A stretch of 62,024 nt of DNA, the filler included, from Choristocarpus tenellus KU-1152 (Eukaryota; Protista; Phaeophyceae): NCBI GenBank assembly GCA_964200185.2. It is 11 parts of 11 records of this genome, joined end to end, with 100 filler letters (N's around TTAATTAATTAA, not from the genome) between each part and the next. Parts side by side here need not be neighbours in the genome. Positions count along the whole stretch, not along the records: positions 48,146 to 50,654 come from CAXNAD020027209.1; positions 50,755 to 59,245 come from CAXNAD020004655.1; positions 59,346 to 62,024 come from CAXNAD020025711.1; 8 more parts are not named here. One strand, 5' to 3'. The notes beneath the pieces were generated by a model. It was not told where the DNA came from. It saw nothing but the letters and a program-made list of their open reading frames with translations, and did not search any database. Shown here piece by piece: positions 49,954 through 62,024 of this stretch. The first letter of the stretch is position 1. Each line of letters opens with the position of its first letter. The translations under genes and the position numbers were made by a program.

Positions 49954-52808
49954 GTAAGATCATACACACTAAAACACACACACACATATGTACACAGTAG
50001 TGGATCCTCAAGAGGAGAAATTAAATAGAACTATGGGACCACAGGTCTCACTCAACCTCAATCCTGTTCAGCAGGATGTATATGCATTCAAAATTCTTCC
50101 TGTTTGTTGTGATGATATGCTTATCCCTGTGTAGTAGAATGGTCTATCTTGTTCAAACTGGTTGTGGACCTCTTACGTAGTTTTATGACTGAGACTTCTA
50201 CTTTGGAGAGCCCTACAAGCAAGTAGGGTAGACTGACCCCTTCTTTCTCTTTCGTTGTATATGAGAAGAGGGGCTTGACATCTCGCCAAGAGAATCAGCA
50301 CTAAATTGTTCGCATGCTACATGCACGTATCACTACAAAACATAAATTCTAATAGTACAACAGAGAGCACAAAGTCGCAAATTGATGTTGTTCTAACCTT
50401 ATTCTCCAAAGGAGTTCTTTGATACTGCATGTGTTGGAGGGATACCCTTTGACACAATTCCATCCAAGCCACATCATGATACTATCAAAGAAAAAATCTC
50501 CAGAAACCAAATAGATAGCCCTTACACTCATCACTGAATTGTGGCGTCAAAATATCTGTTGAGGGGGGGGGGGGGGGGGGGGGGGGCAGGGGGGGGGGCG
50601 GTGGCCCCCCGGAGGGGCAAGGGCGGCTAACCCCCACCAAAGAGGAGGCGGGGGNNNNNNNNNNNNNNNNNNNNNNNNNNNNNNNNNNNNNNNNNNNNTT
50701 AATTAATTAANNNNNNNNNNNNNNNNNNNNNNNNNNNNNNNNNNNNNNNNNNNNCGACCTACCCCCCTCCCCCCCCCCCCCCCCCTCCCCTCCCTTTCCT
50801 GTTGTTGCCCTGGGGTTCCCCCCCCCCCCCCCCCCCCCCCCACCCTCCTCGAGCTCTTCCCAGTGGGGTCAAGGGTCAAGGTTGCTTTGAGTCTCCACTT
50901 AGCTCTCTGTTGAGATTATGGTTTTTGACATGTGCCACACGTCCTTCTCATGGCCGCCCGCTGAGCCCGCTCACCCCGGTGTTGATAGCCTATGACGTAG
51001 TCGTGCAAATAAGTAAAAATAGTGGTTAGAAGTTCTCAATCAGTTGGCTCAGAAAAGTTAGGATAGATTCGATTCGATCGACCAGAGCCCGGGGGAGGGG
51101 AGACAAAAAGGGCCCTCCCTGGCTGGTGAGGGGCCCCACTGAAGGCACAAGAAGGTTTGGCTCGGTTCGTTTCTGTTGCTCTTTCTCCATTGTAAACAGC
51201 ACCACCTCGTGCAATTCCTGAGACAGAGTGTTGGCCCATGTTTTCCTCGAGAAAAGTTGAAGAATAGACAGAGTGTGGACCATGGGGTTGGGCAGAGGAT
51301 TTGATCTCATTTCCAAAAACAACTATTCTAGTTGTTTTTTTTAATCTGTAACCTGCATTCTTGAGATTTCGTTGGACTCATTTCCAAAACAATATTCTGT
51401 TTGTTTTTTTAATCTGTAACCAGCATTCTTGAGAGGTCGTTGGGGGAGAGAGGGTAGTTCGTTACACAAGAGAACACGCCCAACCAACACAAAAGCCAAC
51501 AACAGAGTATTTTTTGTGTGTACACTCCACAGTAGTGGCACAGTAAAGAACGAAGACATTTTCTGTACAATAAGTTGTTGTTAGTAGGTATTCTTTTTTG
51601 GCAACATTAAAAATGACAAGAAACAATATATATATATATATATATGTATACAGCTGTACCCTTGGACTGCGATGATTGTTCTATGAAAGTCAACCCTAGA
51701 AAAACCTTCTGCGGCTACACACCTTTACTTCGATTCAAATCCCTTCAGCCTTGAGGTGGAAACTACCTTTCTCGACACTCTTTGCAGCCTCCAATGCATC
51801 TACCTTCATCCAGATGCTGCACAGGAAGGTGGGGAGAGCTGCACATGGCCAGGGTTCAGTATATATCCCTCAGCTGCTGAGCAAAATTTTCCCTAGTTCT
51901 TTTTTTTTTTGTCCAATGACCTAAAAATAAGAATGTATCAGTAGTATTAGGCGAGCAGGAAGTGGTGAAAGAACGTGCGTTAGCCATCCCTACACATCCC
52001 GGATATGAGGTTGTCAAGTCTCACTCAATGATGCCTTAATGCTGGGCATGTATGTAGATAGGGGGGGTGTAGCACCCTGTGCGACCACCCACAAAGCTGT
52101 ATGGAAGCCATGTTACTATTACATGTATTGCACAAGTGCTGTTCATGATGTGTTGACAAAAACTTGATTCCACTGAGAAAAAATATATTAAAATTTCAGG
52201 CGTGCCTTGGATGCAAGGACCACCCAGAGACGACCATTGGGAAAAATCTTTAAGGAGTGCTTGGAGGTGATGCCACAGGACCAGGTGAGAAGTTTTCGCG
52301 GAACATAGCTATGGAGTGCAGTATTAGGGCTACAGAGCACCCCCTGCAGCTCCTGGGATGTATTACAGTAGTTACAGTAGTAGTAGTGTGAAAGGCACAC
52401 TTTCCACGGTGACACACCACGTAGTAGCCATTTGCAACAATGAAATAGCCTGAACATGTTTGATAGAGCACTTGCCAGTATACTACCAAGCACCTAGCGT
52501 CTGATAAGAAAGAGTGCTTCCCAGTGGAAGCTGCCTCTGGCTCTGGAGAGGAAAGGCCCTTAGTATTCCAAAGAGTGAGAAACTTGTGGGGTGCTTGGGA
52601 ATCAAACCTGAAAAATTTCGACCCTTGGCAAAACAATGATACACACTTTGGAATGGAGAAGTAATGCAAGGTCATTTCTACTGTTATGGAAGTTAAAAAT
52701 ACAGGATATATAGCGAATCCTGTACTTTTGCATGATATTTTTATCTATCAACTCCTTGGTACCAGATACGGGCTCATCAGTCAACGTGATACATTCCTAA
52801 ATTTTGTA

Positions 52809-53176
52809 CTCCTTCTGTCCCATAAGTCTGTGCCTTTATGCATGTACCTCTTCAGGATGACCTCCAATTTCAAAACGGATTTTTGCATTGGATTCCTTGA
52901 CATTTTTTTTTGTATTAGAATACCTTTCCTCACTTTCACTCAACCCCGTCAATCCACCAAATCATTCAGTGTCTTCTTGTGGGTGGGCCTATGCCCGCCT
53001 AACCTCTATTCCATATTTTCAGAACAATTTCAGGATATATATTTTTTTCAAGTGTAACTCATCTTGCGTATAAAAAAAAATCCAAAGAATAAAGTGAAAA
53101 AAACCGTTTTTTTGAAATCGAAGGTCATCCTGAAGAGGTAGATGCGTAAAGGCACAGGCTTATGGGACATAGGAAG
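52809..53176. mobile_element. Stowaway-like (Tc1/mariner) MITE, 368 bp
   Basis: TA|CTCCTTCTGTCCCATAAG ... CTTATGGGACATAGGAAG|TA. TIR pairing extends about 70 bp. The terminus resembles the Stowaway consensus CTCCCTCCGTCCCA, with a TA TSD. Confidence 0.85.
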
Positions 53177-53275
53177 TAGTTAATTAGTAGGTTCCCAAGG
53201 TGCTTAATACATTATTTTTTTTAGGGTTAGGGTTGGGTTTAGTGACTGATTGAGACCCATGTTTTATGTGTGCAG

Positions 53276-53549
53276 AGGGGTGCAGATGAGAGTGAGGCGT
53301 TTCCTGTCGCACAAGAACAAAGACCAGGTCGCACACACGAGAACCTCAGAAACCTCGCCCCAACACTCACGGCGCTCTACATTGGTGTATGAACCAGGTT
53401 TAAACAATATGACGTTCTTTGATGGCTTTCAACAGGTTGATTGGATGCCTGGGGAGCGTCGATCCTCACAAGAACAGGGACAACGCAAGGACCAGGAGAA
53501 CACTGAGCTGAAGGTGTTGCGGAACAGTAGTAGCCTGAGTATGAGATAG
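53276..53549 (+). CDS. Probable terminal exon of an unidentified gene convergent with MED4
   Basis: GACTGAT branch-like motif and TGCAG acceptor followed by open, purine-rich sequence. Reading frame ambiguous. A candidate upstream exon lies at about 51749-51828. Confidence 0.3.
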
Positions 53550-54620
53550 TTGTTGTAGTGTTGTGGTGGCGTTGCTGCTTCCAAACAGGATTTTCGTTTC
53601 TTTGCTCTATGCACTCAGCAGTCTGTGGAAGATTTTAATTATATTTTTGTGAGGCAGCTTTTGGCAAGAGCAATAAATGTACAAAGACCTGTCTGTTGCT
53701 GAATCGCCGTGTACTTTTTTTTATATCTTTTTTTAATATAATATATATTCATAAGTGTGTTTTTAACTTTTTTGTCTTCTGCCTTCTGTGTTCCAAGAGT
53801 AAAAATGCTCAGGATGACAATGACGATGACTTCAACTTGAACCTATCATAGACCAACCTTACACGTAGCTACGATGGCTCTTCCTTGTTCTAGAGGAACA
53901 GAGTTGGTTGCTCTGACTGAACAATGGCAACATCAAAAAATAAGAAATAAGAAGTCACGAGTTTCTTGACTCTCTACAGGGCATTCCATTTCACTCCGCA
54001 CACACAGATGCCCCTGATGAAAGCTGGTGGTCTCACTTGTAAATGCATTTGATACCAAAACGGGTTCCCTTCATCTCATCGCCCGCCCATGCTACTGCAC
54101 TTACCCAACAAGACAAATTGCACTCTGGAGAAGATCAGTTCATCATCAACGGATACCCCTAACCCTAACCCTTCATCTGGACACAACACAGAACAAAAAA
54201 ATAGTATTTCACAGGGTCAATGGCTCGGGAGCGAACATTTAAATACTGCTGCGGCACAGAGTCAAGATATGTCACCCATCACTACAATAGCGTATATACA
54301 TAGACTGCTATTAAGTGAGACAACAGAAGTGACAAGTAAAAAAAAAAAGATACTACTAGCCACGTAGTACCAGGTGTATCATTTCTCAAAAAAACGTTAC
54401 AGGGACGAAAACAATCCAACAGACTATATTCGAGGAATGCATCATCGGGAGTGTGTATGCATGCAAACAAGAACATGCGAGCAGTAGTACCATGATCTAT
54501 TGACATCAGGAGATCGTCCAAAACGGAGGGATGCTCCTCTCTAAACACCAATTGTACAAAACAGAAACTAGCAGTACAGTGGTAACAAAACCGTCATCAT
54601 CCACCTAGAAAAATATGACT

Positions 54621-56500
54621 TCAATCATCGTCTTCACTATCTTCAGAGTCGGAGCTGTCCAGGTCGTCGAGATCCAGCACAATCTTTGGTTTCTTTGCCT
54701 TTACAGGTGACGGCAACGGAACACTGTCAAGATGTCCCCGCACCTCCTGAGCTCTAGAAGCTGCAGGAGATGCAGCAGAATGCCTTTCTCCTCTTTTCCC
54801 TACAGCCTCGCCCTGTGCTTGTTGCTTGTTCTGTTCAACTTTGTTTTCAATTACGCCACTTATTCCTCCAGCCTTAGGAGGTTCATTTCCCCCATCCCCT
54901 TCCTGTTCAGGTGCTTGAGACTGTAGTGGCCTGTCCATTGCCACTGCCACCTCTTCCAGATCTTGCTTTGACAGCAACGCCGAGCCTGGCAAAAAAGAAG
55001 GATGGACCCCTTTCGATTAAACTGAGCTGTCTCTCTGCACTTGCAGGTGCAGATTGACGCTTAATAAGCCACCCTTCCTCCTCTCTGGGACAAAAGTACA
55101 CATCAAAGTACACAGCAATATCGGGTACATGAACAGTTCAGGACACAATTTCAACTATCTAACTCACCTGTAGCCATAGCCAAGGCACTCAATGCTCCAG
55201 CTCGCATCATTTCTGCCCTGGGTGCTGGAGGCGCAAATCCCACCATGGCCATTGACGGTTGCCAATACGAGGGTGCAGATGTGGTTCCACTGACACGTTG
55301 TGCGTAGTCCACAATGTCCCCTACCTTGACGATTGCTGTTCCATGCAATGCACCGCGTGTAAGGATGGATAAAACCCCTGATATTATGTTTCTGGAATCA
55401 TGATGAAAACATGAAATAACCATCAGGCACATTATCAATCCTACGGAGACGAAGTTCATGATCAGTTTCTTCTAGACCTCTGGCTTTCCTGCAGTTGAAA
55501 GATTTTAGCAGTGCCCAAAAGCATACTTGGACTCCGAAATCAACACATGTACCACCCCAAAACAGAGAGGACGTGCAATCATGGCGGAGACCTGAGAATT
55601 CAGACCTGCAATTTTCAAGGAATGGACCTTGAAGCATGAATGAGGAATGCTTCTGTGCTAAAGTAGACTCACCACTTTCTGACCTCTTCCCTATCTCAAG
55701 CATGTCTTTTGCCTCTTTTAGGGGAAGCACTAGAGCAGCCTCGGCTTTTGTCATTCGCCTGGCGTACTCTCTAATGCTCTCCTCGCCCGCCTGAACTTGC
55801 TTCTGGAGAGATTTTACCTCCACATGTCGTTGTTGGTGTTCCTCCACTGTTCAATTATGGAGTATAGAGAAATTTCAGGGCTATGCCTCACCAACCGTCA
55901 GCCATCTCGAACAAGACAAATGAGATTCTGCAGCTTGGGAGGGACTCTACACATCATGTGTTGAAGGATATGGCGCAACAAACGCTCCTAACAACATTTG
56001 CAACCATCATCAACTCTGGTGGAGGAACTTTACCCCAGAACATAACAGTCAGTTCGCCTGCTAGTGGTTAATCCAACAAACCAAAAAAGGCAAGGGTAGC
56101 TCAATAATCACTACCGAGATGGAATATACGGATCAATTCATAGGCGCCACTTACAATCTCTGACTATATCTTCGAGGACGCTTTCCTTTGCCTGGATTTG
56201 GCTTAGGGCCCCTTTGATGGCACCACGAGTTGCGGCGTCCAGACGAGTACCCCTGCATTAATGGATGGGTACTTTTGTGAGATACAGCCGGTGGAAGGAA
56301 ATCACACCTCTAGGCCAGTAGATTTCAAACATAACTTCTGCCTCTTTGATTGTAACGGAATGGACTCAGGAGCATAGATATGTTCATTGACAACGTCCAT
56401 TGCACATCTACCTGGGACATCGTTGCAAGACAGCAATGACCTCCTCGGCGATCGATCGCTCCTGCTGCAATAGATACAATGCCTGAGATGCCTCCGTCAT
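54621..56500 (-). CDS. MED4: Mediator complex subunit 4, complete, 297 aa
   Basis: Exons 56500-56412, 56252-56155, 55846-55673, 55335-55168 and 54985-54621 sum to 894 nt with consistent phases. Coiled-coil N-terminus, then DIVDYAQRVSGTTSAPSYWQP...FAPPAPRAEMMRAGAL (MED4 signature YA.RIS...AP..W.P...P....MR.G.L) and an acidic tail LDDLDSSDSEDSEDDD. Confidence 0.9.
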
Positions 56501-56650
56501 TCTTTGCTCAACTTTTGTTAGTTTGGTTGGACATTTGTTGGTTGTTGAATGATAGCCTCCAACATTGGAACTCCCAACAACAACTTTCATCTCAACTCCC
56601 AACCACTATTACTATCTCTTAGTTCCTGCTCTTCCTGCTCCCTTAGTGAG
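56501..56650. promoter_or_regulatory. 150-bp inferred bidirectional promoter / 5' UTR region
   Basis: Lies between the divergent ATGs of MED4 (56500) and the ZCCHC9-like gene (56651). Confidence 0.7.
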
Positions 56651-58553
56651 ATGACGGAGTCTGTGACCCGAAAAAGACCCCTCGAGCATGTAGGGGAATC
56701 TTCAACCCATGAAATCTTGACCAAAACAGAAAGGAGAAGGTAGGCCCTGAACCGACGGGGCACTTGTCGCGTTAGCTTCTCAGTTGCACTGTTGTTTTGT
56801 AGTGTTAGTTGAACCTGTTCGCCATGTAAAGCTGATGAAGTTGTGATATTGATTGTGCGGGACTGAGGAAAGTGCAACCAAATGCTATCTTGTCCAGCAC
56901 AGACTTGCGAAGAAAGCTAAGAAGGAACGGGAGGCAGCAGCGGGGGTCAAGGCAGGCAAGAAAGGGGTGGGGGGCGTCGAACGAGCTAAGGGGGAAAAGG
57001 GATCCAAGCCCAAGATGACAAAGGAGGAGCGCCGGGAAAAGTACACCAGGAAGTGAGTTGGTTAATGTGTCTCTCTAGGTGGATCTCAATTCTTGCGGAA
57101 TTAACCTTGTCACTTGTTCATTGCTAGCACCGACGCGTTGATGGGATTTTGAATCGTTGAGAGGTGAGTCTAGTCTCAAACTTGATTTAGCGAGTCAATG
57201 CTTGCTGGGAGATGTTGCTATTTGCTGGATGTAACAAAATGCTACATTGAATGGTGAATCCAGTATTCCCTTGGTCGCTGTCTGGAAGTGTGTTCGCCCA
57301 CACACGCCGTGATGATGACCACAACACCAACGAGCGTATTTTACCCCGGGCGTCATTCCCAGGGCTTACGAGGCCAGAGATCAGAAGGTTATCCACAAGA
57401 ACCGTGGACTGAACATCCGCTGTCTAGGGTGCCGGAAGTGGGGCCACGTACTTGCTCAGTGTCCTGATGCTAAGGTATAAGGCATGAAGTGTTTCCTGGA
57501 TCGTTGTGGCAATGTCCATGGTAATGTGAGAGGTTAATGCTCTTCTACCTTACCGAGCTTACGGTTCTCCACCTGACTTAGTGGAGGTTCGTCTTCTTTG
57601 ACAATCAAGAGACACTCAACCGAGATGTTGCATTGCACTGGCTCTTTCCAATATTTCTCGTGGAGCAGGGTACAGGCATTTGCTTCAATTGTGGTTCAAA
57701 GGATCACGCGTTGAGGGTATGTCCCACGAAAAAGAAGCAGGATGGATCGTTGCCGCACGCATCATGTTTTGTCTGCGGGGGAAAGGGGCACATTAGTGCA
57801 CAGTGCAAGCAAAATGCCAACGGTATTTATCCCAAGGGGGGAAGCTGCAAGGTGAACAAGTATCTGGATTTGAATGTATTTCTACATTAATCTCATCCAG
57901 ATTAGAATGGGAATATTGAAGTGGCACAATTCTTACAACAATTGGTACTGTACAGGAAGACTTTTTCGAGGGAAATACATCATTTATTTCTGGGAATGTT
58001 TCCCGCTTCACCCCCATTAGATTGTGAACCTTACTGTTCTGCTTATGGTACAAAACAAGAGAACTGTTGAATTTCTCAACAATCCTTGATAAAGACATTT
58101 TCTTGGTAGCTATAAATCATTGCAATGTGTTCCTTTACTTTAGTTGATTTGGATCTGAAACCACCACCCTTCCGCATTGGTCACTTAATTGTGATCATGC
58201 GTACTTAAGTCCTTCAGATGTCATTGCCCTCTTAGTAGCAATTCTATGGATGAACCATCATTCTGTAATACTGTGCACCAACTGCTTGACTTATTCTTTC
58301 TAGGAATGTGGGTCAAAGCACCACCTCTGGTCTCAATGCTCTCATAGGGAGCAAAAATCCTCTGAAGAAGACCCCATGGACACAGACAAGGATGACAAAA
58401 CACTGTCATCCAAAGATAAACACAAGGCAACCAAGGTCTCAAAGAGGGCAATAAAAGAAGGCAAAGAACTGGTGGAGGGGCGAGAGAAGAAGCAAAAGGA
58501 AAACAAGGAGAATGAAGAGGAGAAACAAGCACCAGCAACTTCAACAAGCCAAG
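56651..58553 (+). CDS. ZCCHC9: ZCCHC9-like protein with four CCHC zinc knuckles, 3' end missing
   Basis: Exons 56651-56739, 56903-57052, 57363-57474 (CLGCRKWGHVLAQC), 57669-57851 (GICFNCGSKDHALRVC..ASCFVCGGKGHISAQCKQNANGIYPKGGSCK) and 58304-58553 (ECGSKHHLWSQC). N..GIYPKGG.C is characteristic of ZCCHC9. Confidence 0.88.
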
Positions 58554-60109
58554 GTATGTACTTTTCCCCTCTCCACAGGAGTCACAACAGCTACACATTG
58601 CTACCACTCTTTCTTTAGCCACAGCCATGCCAAAATGTACTCTGGGATTGGTATTCACTTTGAGCTTTGGTGTGTTATTGAAATGTAATTCGATTGGCAA
58701 GATGGACTTTGTCCAACTTTAGGATCTCGGATGCCCTTTGCTTTGCATGACAACCGAGTTGGAACTGTGTTGAGAACTGTGCTGGCTTGTGTGTAGAGCT
58801 CAGCCGTTTTTTTAGATGGGTGGGTGCAATATAGGTGAATGCATCTTGTTCTACTCCAGACTTGTTTTTTTTAGTGAACTTTTTCAGTCTTACAACAACC
58901 GAAATTTTCACTGTCTCCATAGGTCAATCAAGCAGAAGTTTCTGGTGCTTGTTGTCCAGATCCTTACCGGTCCTAAGCATGGCTGTATTCCACAGTAAAT
59001 ACTATTGTGATCAATTTCATCAGGCTGTAGACACGATCTTATGAAAGTCATATAATAAAGATCAGCCTTGTCAACATCCAAACCTTATCCCACCAGACAT
59101 TCACCGCTCATTTACCCATTATTCTTTCAGTGGTATCTCTTTTTTTTTGTTTACAACTATTTCGTTGGTGGGTCAATGATGTCCTCAACAGCGCAAATAT
59201 AAACACAGCTCATCTCAAGTCTTTTCCTGTGTGTGTGTGGGGGGGNNNNNNNNNNNNNNNNNNNNNNNNNNNNNNNNNNNNNNNNNNNNTTAATTAATTA
59301 ANNNNNNNNNNNNNNNNNNNNNNNNNNNNNNNNNNNNNNNNNNNNCATGACGATCAAACGAAATCTTTGCCGCCCCCCACACACTGTACTACTACCACAC
59401 CCGGCACAGATTCCCATTCAAAAAGGGACCCTTAATATGTGCCGCAACATTTACAAAAAAAAACATATTGACACTTTTCCCGGTCAATTTTGGGTCAAAC
59501 CCATCCTCCATAGTATGCTCCATCCTCAATTTTTGAGAATACACTGTTATCTTCAGATACGAATCTTCCGTTGTGATTTAAAGGGAAAGACCTATCGTGT
59601 TCGAACGTTACATCGTGATTTAATGGAAAAATGAATAGTCTTGTGCAAGTCATACGTTGTGATTTAATAGGAAGAAACAATTGTGTACAAATAAATCTTG
59701 TGAAGTTATCATATAGCAAGAGAAAAAAATGTTGTAACAAATATCACTTTACTACTACCATATTACAATCAGTACTTGATTTGGTTGTTCTATATAATAG
59801 TATAAACAATATCACCCACCCCCCTTTCTAAAGTTCGACATTGTGGAAGCACCCGTGGGGTCCCAGGTGACATGGCGTGTCTAGTCTGTCATGTTTGGGG
59901 TCCCTTAAATCTTAAAAGTTGAAAACATGCACCTATATATTGGTAGTCAATCGTCACATTTCGTGTATTGGCGCCACCACTCCTGTGTTAAAAAACTTGT
60001 AGAAATATTTGTCGGAACAACTCATCCTCTAGGATACGTACACAAAATTTGTTGCATCATTAACCTTTTTTTTCAACCGCTTCCTCACAAAATTGTTGGA
60101 TGTAGTCTT

Positions 60110-60210
60110 GGTCTTGATCTTGACCTTTGTCTTGGTCTTTGTCTTGGGCTTGGTCTTGGGCTTTGCCTTTGTCTTGGTCTCGATCTTGATCTTTGTCTTG
60201 GTCTCGGCCC
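60110..60210. repeat. Degenerate 6-bp repeat (CTTGGT/CTTGAT/CTTTGT) inside a decayed ORF region
   Basis: The minus strand reads RS/RP-rich (PRQRSRSRPR), DQ-rich or KT-rich depending on frame. Confidence 0.8.
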
Positions 60211-61999
60211 CACGGATGCTGAAGGAGTGACCCATGGTCTTGGTAGCGCTCAAAGGAAGGTTGGCAACGGGTACGTGCCCACCAGATATCGTAGTTCTCT
60301 TCCAGGTTTGTGCCTTCGCATCAGCAGTAGCCTTTCCCATTGCGTGAGTCACCACCATCTTTCTCTTCACTTTTCTCCTGTCTTGTGCACACAACTTCTC
60401 GTAGCTTCAGGCTTGTTGCTGCTGCTTGGGACGTGATCGAGATAGTTCTGGGGGTTGGAGTTTTTTGCTTCGAAGATACCTATTTTTAATTTATTGGAAC
60501 CTTTTCTTGTATCATCTGGGTTTCATTTTGTTTTTTTCCAGCGAAATGGACAGGATGGGATATGCCGGGAAATCAGGGATTGATAAAATCGGGTGTACCA
60601 GCATTAGCCGCTGGTACTATCAGTACTAATACTACTATAGTTGAAGTACGACAATAATAGGTACTCACGTTTTACTCGACCACAACATACCTACATAGGA
60701 CCGTATAAGTAAGGTGCATAATGTATGTCCATGATACGTGAACGCTAAATATACTACTATAATACTAACTATACTATTAATTAAAGTTCAAAAACAAACT
60801 AGAAATGGTCCCTCTCTGTTCGTTGGTGTTGTCCTGCAACTCTGACCTGCACCATTCTTTTGCTGCAAGTGATAGAGTGACAGGACTCAGACAAGGGAAT
60901 GAGGAGCACCAGGAATGTTTCACAGAACGTTGTTCACTTGTTGAATTTGAGAATACCCTGGCAACCGATGTAGCCACTGCAGTTGTGAGGGTGCATACCT
61001 GGTGGGGTGGGCAAGACGAGGCCATACGCTGAAACCCAAATGTGGGATTAGGTGGGGTAGGCGTGCCTCTCCGGTGGGAAGTCCGTGCAGGAAGGTGACA
61101 CGAAGGGACAGGTTGGCCGAGAAGGGGCATCAAGTAAGGTGGATAAGAGGGACCCTGTTCTCTTACAGCACGCTCCATAGCTTACCTCTATGGGATGTAC
61201 AGCTCCAGTCAAGTAGTTTACAGATGGTCCTGATGCACATACAGGACTCTTGATGCACAAGTCGTCAAGTATGCTGGATCTCTCACTTGGATTATTCCCT
61301 TCATAAGTATCAATATCATCATATGAAAGGAACTGGTCAACAATGCCTTAGCTCTATGGAGCATCATGATGACCAAATAATAAATAAAATAGTCAAGAAG
61401 TACAAATATATAAAATCTGGGACTTAAAGGTCATAATGGTGTTTATGAAACCGCCATCAGGACATATCGCCTGTAGCATACCTAGTACGAAGCATAACTG
61501 CTTCAATGCGAAAAACAGGCGATTGGAGAAGGAAATATAATGTCACTCCTAATCCTATCATGAACGTAGCAGAAATGAAATGAATGCCACTTCCAGTTCC
61601 TAACATATCAGTGGGCAGCGTTGGAGATTCAGCGGAGGAGGAAACCTGGAGGAAAACCCCTTTTCAACGTTTGCCCTGACAACAGATATGTTAGCGCGAC
61701 ACTCGCACCTCACAGCACTCACTCTGCATTTAACTCAACGTTCAAGAGAAACTTCCTACACCAGAGTCTCACACATATGTAAAAAGTAGGTACTGTCTAA
61801 AAAAGACTCCACCCCTTCAAAGCTTAAAAACAAAAATACAGAAACAAAACCATAGTAGCACTGAAGTTGGGTACTACCATAGATTTTCCCCCTTCAGAAC
61901 TAAAACGTAGCAACTACAGGACACCAAGACAATATCCCATGGTCACAAAAGAGATTGGGGGCTGCCACGGAAAGGCTTACCCTCCCTAGGAACTATGAA

Positions 62000-62024
62000 G
62001 AGTGAAATTATCTTAGAGGGTACG
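62000..62024. mobile_element. Left terminus of a Sola-like MITE, truncated by the window edge
   Basis: TGAA|GAGTGAAATTATCTTAGAGGGTA, one mismatch to the 26086 TIR. Confidence 0.75.

Noticed and set aside
11928-59345. Recurrent N-flanked TTAATTAATTAA as a biological repeat or CRISPR-like array; ORFs ending in ...LIN
   Set aside because: A fixed 100-bp six-frame-stop linker added when contigs were concatenated. Gene neighbourhoods across it are meaningless.
59927-60436. ORF with LGLDLDLCLGL repeats as a membrane or LRR protein
   Set aside because: Product of a 6-bp degenerate repeat that is open in several frames; no real LRR spacing.
1-62024. Window start and end being the two ends of one Sola-like insertion
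   Set aside because: The flanks are TGAA (left of 62000) and TTCA (right of 61), which are not a direct-repeat TSD, and they lie on different contigs.

Overview
This is not one locus. It is 11 short eukaryotic contigs joined by artificial 100-bp spacers (44 N + TTAATTAATTAA + 44 N). Contigs: 1-11927, 12028-15054, 15155-19933, 20034-23182, 23283-30833, 30934-37200, 37301-42182, 42283-48045, 48146-50654, 50755-59245, 59346-62024. The DNA is intron-rich (GT-AG introns, short exons) and carries many interstitial TTAGGG repeats and G/C homopolymers. Gene content (GGAIxN/FxxN polymorphic-membrane-protein exons, an RLE-LINE tail of a type I recall from brown algae) suggests a brown alga or close stramenopile relative; this is inference. 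Genes I could splice by hand: a complete MED4 head-to-head with a ZCCHC9-like zinc-knuckle gene, mitochondrial ribosomal protein S16 with a long C-terminal tail, and the last exon of a D-glutamate cyclase/DUF1445 gene. Also a TBL/PC-esterase-type O-acyltransferase, a SAP-domain protein divergent from a secreted beta-helix-like protein, a PMP-like repeat protein, a TFIIS central-domain exon, a Gln-rich protein and a large coiled-coil protein. Mobile DNA: a decayed DD39D-type mariner, a Stowaway-like MITE, a family of Sola-like MITEs with 4-bp TSDs, and LINE 3' fragments. I found no clear-cut new system. The best leads are (i) CpG-rich gene starts against CpG-depleted gene bodies and (ii) two decayed, intronless, CpG-rich ORF clusters (contigs 1 and 11) that may be distant copies of an unrecognised large DNA element or endogenous virus.
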